Shown here piece after piece: positions 20,289 through 23,835 of a stretch of DNA of 23,835 nucleotides. The number at the start of each line of letters is the position of its first letter. Within the stretch, counting starts at the first letter, position 1. The position numbers and the translations under genes were made by a program. Origin of the DNA: Nitrospinota bacterium. Its GTDB lineage: Bacteria; Nitrospinota; Nitrospinia; Nitrospinales; VA-1. The stretch covers positions 1 to 23,835 of the forward strand of contig JAYNIA010000041.1 in the NCBI GenBank assembly GCA_038108555.1, in the 5' to 3' direction. The notes beneath the pieces were generated by a model. That model did no database searches, had not been told where the DNA came from, and saw only the letters and a program-made list of their open reading frames with translations.

Positions 20289-21737
20289 ATGAGTAAACCA
20301 CCACGGCCACGAAACTGGTTAAAAGACATTCAATCGGCATATGATACGGTTGTAATTGGTAGTGGCCTGGCGGGCATGACATCTGCCAACCTTCTTGCCA
20401 AACTGGGTCACAAAGTCCTGCTGGCGGAACACCATTATAATCTGGGTGGAATGGCAACCTGGTTCAAACGCAAGGGAGGCCATATCATGGACATCTCCCT
20501 ACACGGGTTTCCTGTGGGCATGATCAAAACCCTTCGCAAGTACTGGTCAAAAGATATTTCTAACCGGGTCATTCAATTGAAAAACGTCCGGTTCGATAAT
20601 CCCCAGTTCTCAATCAACACCTCTTTCGACAAAATCGATTTTACCCATATCCTCAAAGAACGTTTTGGGATACTCAAGGAAAGTATCGACGAATTTTTTC
20701 AAACCGCGCGCGGAATGAATTTCTATGACGACATCGTCATGACCACACGCGAATTGTTTGAAAAATATTTTCCAGGTCGTACCGACGTTTGGCGATTCCT
20801 GATGGAACCCATCACTTATGCCAACGGTTCAACGCTGGATGATCCTGCTATCACTTACGGCATTGTGTTCTCCAATTTTATGGATAAGGGGGTTTTCACC
20901 TATCAAGGCGGCACCGACCACCTGATCAAAGAAATGAAAAAGGAACTGTTGAGCAATGGCGTTGATATTCGCACCCATTGCATGGTGGAAAAAATTTATG
21001 TCGAGGATAAAGCCGTGCAGGGAGTTCGCATCAACGGTCAGGATATTTCCTGCAAATCGGTTCTATCCAATTCCAATATTGTAACAACCATCGAACAGCT
21101 GGTGGGTGAGGAAGAATTTGATCCAGAATATATAAAAGAAGTTAAAAATGTACGGCTCAACAATTCCAGTTGCCAGGTTTATATGGGAATTAAAAAAGGG
21201 GAGACCATCCCGCATGTGGGCGATCTACTTTTTTCATCAGAAGCCGATGAATACTGCACCGAACAAATATTGAGCAAAGATATAACCAGCCGGACTTTTT
21301 CATTTTATTACCCTGAAATTCGTCCGGGCACAGACCGGTACTCCATCGTCTCTTCAACCAATGCGAGGTATCAAGACTGGGCCCATCTCAGTGAAGAACA
21401 ATATCTGAAAGATAAGCATGATCTGGAGCAAACGACTCTTGATTCTCTGGAAAAATATGTACCCGGAATCCGTAATAAAATAGACCACATAGAGGCTTCC
21501 ACACCCAAAACTTTTAAACGCTACACCCTGCATCCGTCTGGAACTTCTTTCGGAACGAAATTTGAGGGACTCAAAGTCAGCCGCGACCTTCCCAAACAGA
21601 TTAAAGGGCTTTTCCATGCCGGGTCTGTGGGCATCATAATGTCTGGTTGGCTGGGGGCCGCCAATTATGGTGTCATCGTTGCAAATGAAACCGACAAGTT
21701 CCTGCGAGAACTAAGCCCAACTCTGGTTACTGCTTAA
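20289..21737 (+). CDS. Phytoene desaturase (CrtI/RetSat)-like FAD oxidoreductase 2
   Basis: [32 protein letters not shown]...GTSFG, GLFHAG. Confidence 0.9.
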   Translation: MSKPPRPRNWLKDIQSAYDTVVIGSGLAGMTSANLLAKLGHKVLLAEHHYNLGGMATWFKRKGGHIMDISLHGFPVGMIKTLRKYWSKDISNRVIQLKNVRFDNPQFSINTSFDKIDFTHILKERFGILKESIDEFFQTARGMNFYDDIVMTTRELFEKYFPGRTDVWRFLMEPITYANGSTLDDPAITYGIVFSNFMDKGVFTYQGGTDHLIKEMKKELLSNGVDIRTHCMVEKIYVEDKAVQGVRINGQDISCKSVLSNSNIVTTIEQLVGEEEFDPEYIKEVKNVRLNNSSCQVYMGIKKGETIPHVGDLLFSSEADEYCTEQILSKDITSRTFSFYYPEIRPGTDRYSIVSSTNARYQDWAHLSEEQYLKDKHDLEQTTLDSLEKYVPGIRNKIDHIEASTPKTFKRYTLHPSGTSFGTKFEGLKVSRDLPKQIKGLFHAGSVGIIMSGWLGAANYGVIVANETDKFLRELSPTLVTA

Positions 21738-21789
21738 TTTTTTAGCTTCTTTCCTTCCTTCTTTTCCCATTTTAATTTAATATTGTCCC

Positions 21790-22533
21790 ATGGAATTTGA
21801 TTTTAAAGGACAAACCGCTATTGTTACAGGGGGTACCCGTGGAATCGGTCGGGCTGTTTCTGAAGCTTTTCTCAAGGCGGGAGCAAAAGTAATTGCCAGC
21901 TACCGAAGTAATGAGGCAGAGGCTCAAAATTTTAAAGAGGCCAATTCCGGACATGCAGAATGTCTCGATATCCATAAGTTCGATGTCACCCGTTATGAAG
22001 AAGTGGAAAGCTTTTTCAAGGAAGTTGAAGATAAACACGGGGCTCCCCAGATCGTAGTCGTCAGTTCAGGAATTCGTGCCGACTCCATTGTGGGTATGAT
22101 GAAAACAGAAGACTGGAACAATGTGATCGACACCAATCTGACAGGAACATTTAATGTCTGCAAACTTTCTGTTCAATGCATGATGCGGCAAAAATATGGA
22201 CGTATCATTACCCTGACCTCACCTATTGGAAAATTTGGTTTTGCCGGACAAAGCAACTATGCCGCTTCGAAAGCAGGGCAGGTGGCTTTGGTTAAATCTT
22301 TATCCAAAGAAGTGGCCAGCAGAAAAATTACGGTCAATTGTGTTTCGCCAGGTTTCATTGATACGGATTTTATTTCCGATTTGCCGGATGAGCAAAGGGA
22401 GGCTTATAAAAAACAAGTTCCCTTAAAACGGTTTGGATCGGCTCAGGACGTTGCAACCCCGGTACTGTTCCTGGCCTCAAGAGAATCTTCTTACATCACC
22501 GGATCAGTGCTAGAGGTAACCGGGGGACTTTAA
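21790..22533 (+). CDS. fabG: 3-oxoacyl-ACP reductase
   Basis: TGGTRGIG, GQSNYAASKAG, NCVSPGFIDTD. Confidence 0.9.
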   Translation: MEFDFKGQTAIVTGGTRGIGRAVSEAFLKAGAKVIASYRSNEAEAQNFKEANSGHAECLDIHKFDVTRYEEVESFFKEVEDKHGAPQIVVVSSGIRADSIVGMMKTEDWNNVIDTNLTGTFNVCKLSVQCMMRQKYGRIITLTSPIGKFGFAGQSNYAASKAGQVALVKSLSKEVASRKITVNCVSPGFIDTDFISDLPDEQREAYKKQVPLKRFGSAQDVATPVLFLASRESSYITGSVLEVTGGL

Positions 22534-22536
22534 AAT

Positions 22537-22962
22537 ATGTCGCAGGATTTCCTTCAATACATCCCACACCGCCCGCCTTTTTTGTTTGTAGATAAAATCA
22601 TTGAAGAAGGAAAAGATACTATCAAAGCCGAAAAGTTTATCGATCCGGGCGAGCCCTTTTTCCAGGGCCATTATCCCGATCGACCTATTATGCCGGGAGT
22701 TTTGATCTTCGAATCCATCTTTCAAACCGGAGCCATCATGATGGGGAAGCGAATCTCAAATGAAGGCCGCATTCCCGTTCTTACCCGGGTGAACAATATT
22801 AAACTGAAACATGCGGTTAACCCCGGGGACACTCTGCAAATTGAAGTTAAACTCAAAGATTTGGTAAGCACTGCAGCTTATATGACAGGCAAAGCTACCG
22901 CCAATGGAAAAACAGCCGTAACTCTTGAGTTCACCGCCATGCTAGTTGAGGATACCAAATGA
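22537..22962 (+). CDS. fabZ: 3-hydroxyacyl-ACP dehydratase
   Basis: IPHRPPFLFVD, FFQGHYPDRPIMPGVLIFE. Confidence 0.9.
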   Translation: MSQDFLQYIPHRPPFLFVDKIIEEGKDTIKAEKFIDPGEPFFQGHYPDRPIMPGVLIFESIFQTGAIMMGKRISNEGRIPVLTRVNNIKLKHAVNPGDTLQIEVKLKDLVSTAAYMTGKATANGKTAVTLEFTAMLVEDTK

Positions 22963-23037
22963 CCCTCTGGCGAGGGAGGCAAGAAGTAAGAATTTTATAG
23001 AGCAAAAAATAATTTTTCTATATAGAAAGTATTTCGT

Positions 23038-23829
23038 GTGAGTTTTCTAAACCTTGAAAATAAAAAAATTTTGGTTACAGGCGTCGCCAATAAAAAAAGT
23101 GTGGCCTGGCATATTGCTAAAACTCTGGAAGAGGAAGGTGCTGAAGTTATCTACAGCGTACGTTCTGAAGATAGAAAAAACTCCTTAAACAAACTGCTGG
23201 ATGGGAAACCGGTTTATATTTGTGATGTGGAAAAACCAGAAGAGATTGAACGCTTAAAAAATGATTTGGAAAAAGATTATAAAACCCTGCATGGATTGGT
23301 TCACTCAATAGCGTTTGCCAATTACTCTGAAGGCTGGAAACCTTTTCATGAAACCTCACGCAAAGATTTTTTGCAATCAATCGACATTAGCTGTTATTCG
23401 TTGATCGCATTGGCAGACTCCTTAAAAGGTATGTTGGACAAAAACGCTTCAGTCGTCTCCGTTTCCATTTCAACGACCCGTATGGCTGCTGAAAATTACG
23501 GTTATATGGCTCCCGCAAAAGCCGCTCTTGATTCCACCCTTTGCTTTTTAGCGAAATCATTCAGCGCATTTTCCGAAGTTCGGTTTAACTCGATCAATCC
23601 CGGACTACTGAAAACCTCTGCCTCTGCGGGAATTCCCGGGTACATAGACTCCTTCCTGCATGCTGAAAAAGCAACGTTAAGAAAAAAAGCCATCACCACC
23701 CAGGAAGCCGCAAACGCGGCTGTCTTTTTATTAAGTGAACGCTCAAGCGGTATCAATGCCCAGGGAATAGTATTGGACGCAGGAATGTCCATTAACTATT
23801 TTGATCAAAAGCTGATCAAACCCGATTAG
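23038..23829 (+). CDS. fabI: Enoyl-ACP reductase, divergent FabI
   Basis: [41 protein letters not shown] start. Confidence 0.85.
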   Translation: MSFLNLENKKILVTGVANKKSVAWHIAKTLEEEGAEVIYSVRSEDRKNSLNKLLDGKPVYICDVEKPEEIERLKNDLEKDYKTLHGLVHSIAFANYSEGWKPFHETSRKDFLQSIDISCYSLIALADSLKGMLDKNASVVSVSISTTRMAAENYGYMAPAKAALDSTLCFLAKSFSAFSEVRFNSINPGLLKTSASAGIPGYIDSFLHAEKATLRKKAITTQEAANAAVFLLSERSSGINAQGIVLDAGMSINYFDQKLIKPD

Positions 23830-23835
23830 CTGAAG

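Noticed and set aside
18866..21737. Carotenoid biosynthesis cluster
   Set aside because: No phytoene synthase, GGPP synthase or cyclase nearby; the context is ACP/Fab

Overview
Bacterial chromosomal window of moderate GC, mostly housekeeping; the gene set is compatible with a Nitrospinota/deltaproteobacteria-like organism (inference only). Minus strand, in transcription order: tRNA-Val(GAC), thrS, infC (ATT start), rpmI, rplT, pheS with no pheT after it, a pentaheme plus triheme cytochrome c pair, then the 5' end of a MshEN-domain PilB/GspE-type gene missed by the ORF track. An accessory islet (~7.0-9.4 kb) carries a Fic/HTH gene with a three-fold palindromic operator array, a SieB-like gene and many REP-like palindromes, two of them each interrupted by a related 39-nt insert. 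Next are a TPP-riboswitch-controlled thiS-thiG-thiE-thiC operon, a TPR/SH3 lipoprotein, a stand-alone terpene-cyclase/prenyltransferase-repeat protein, a LicC-like nucleotidyltransferase and two membrane proteins. The window ends in the most notable locus: a candidate structured RNA followed by ACP, two phytoene-desaturase-like flavoproteins, FabG, FabZ and FabI, suggesting a specialised ACP-dependent lipid pathway of unknown product. All calls come from reading motifs by eye; no searches were run.
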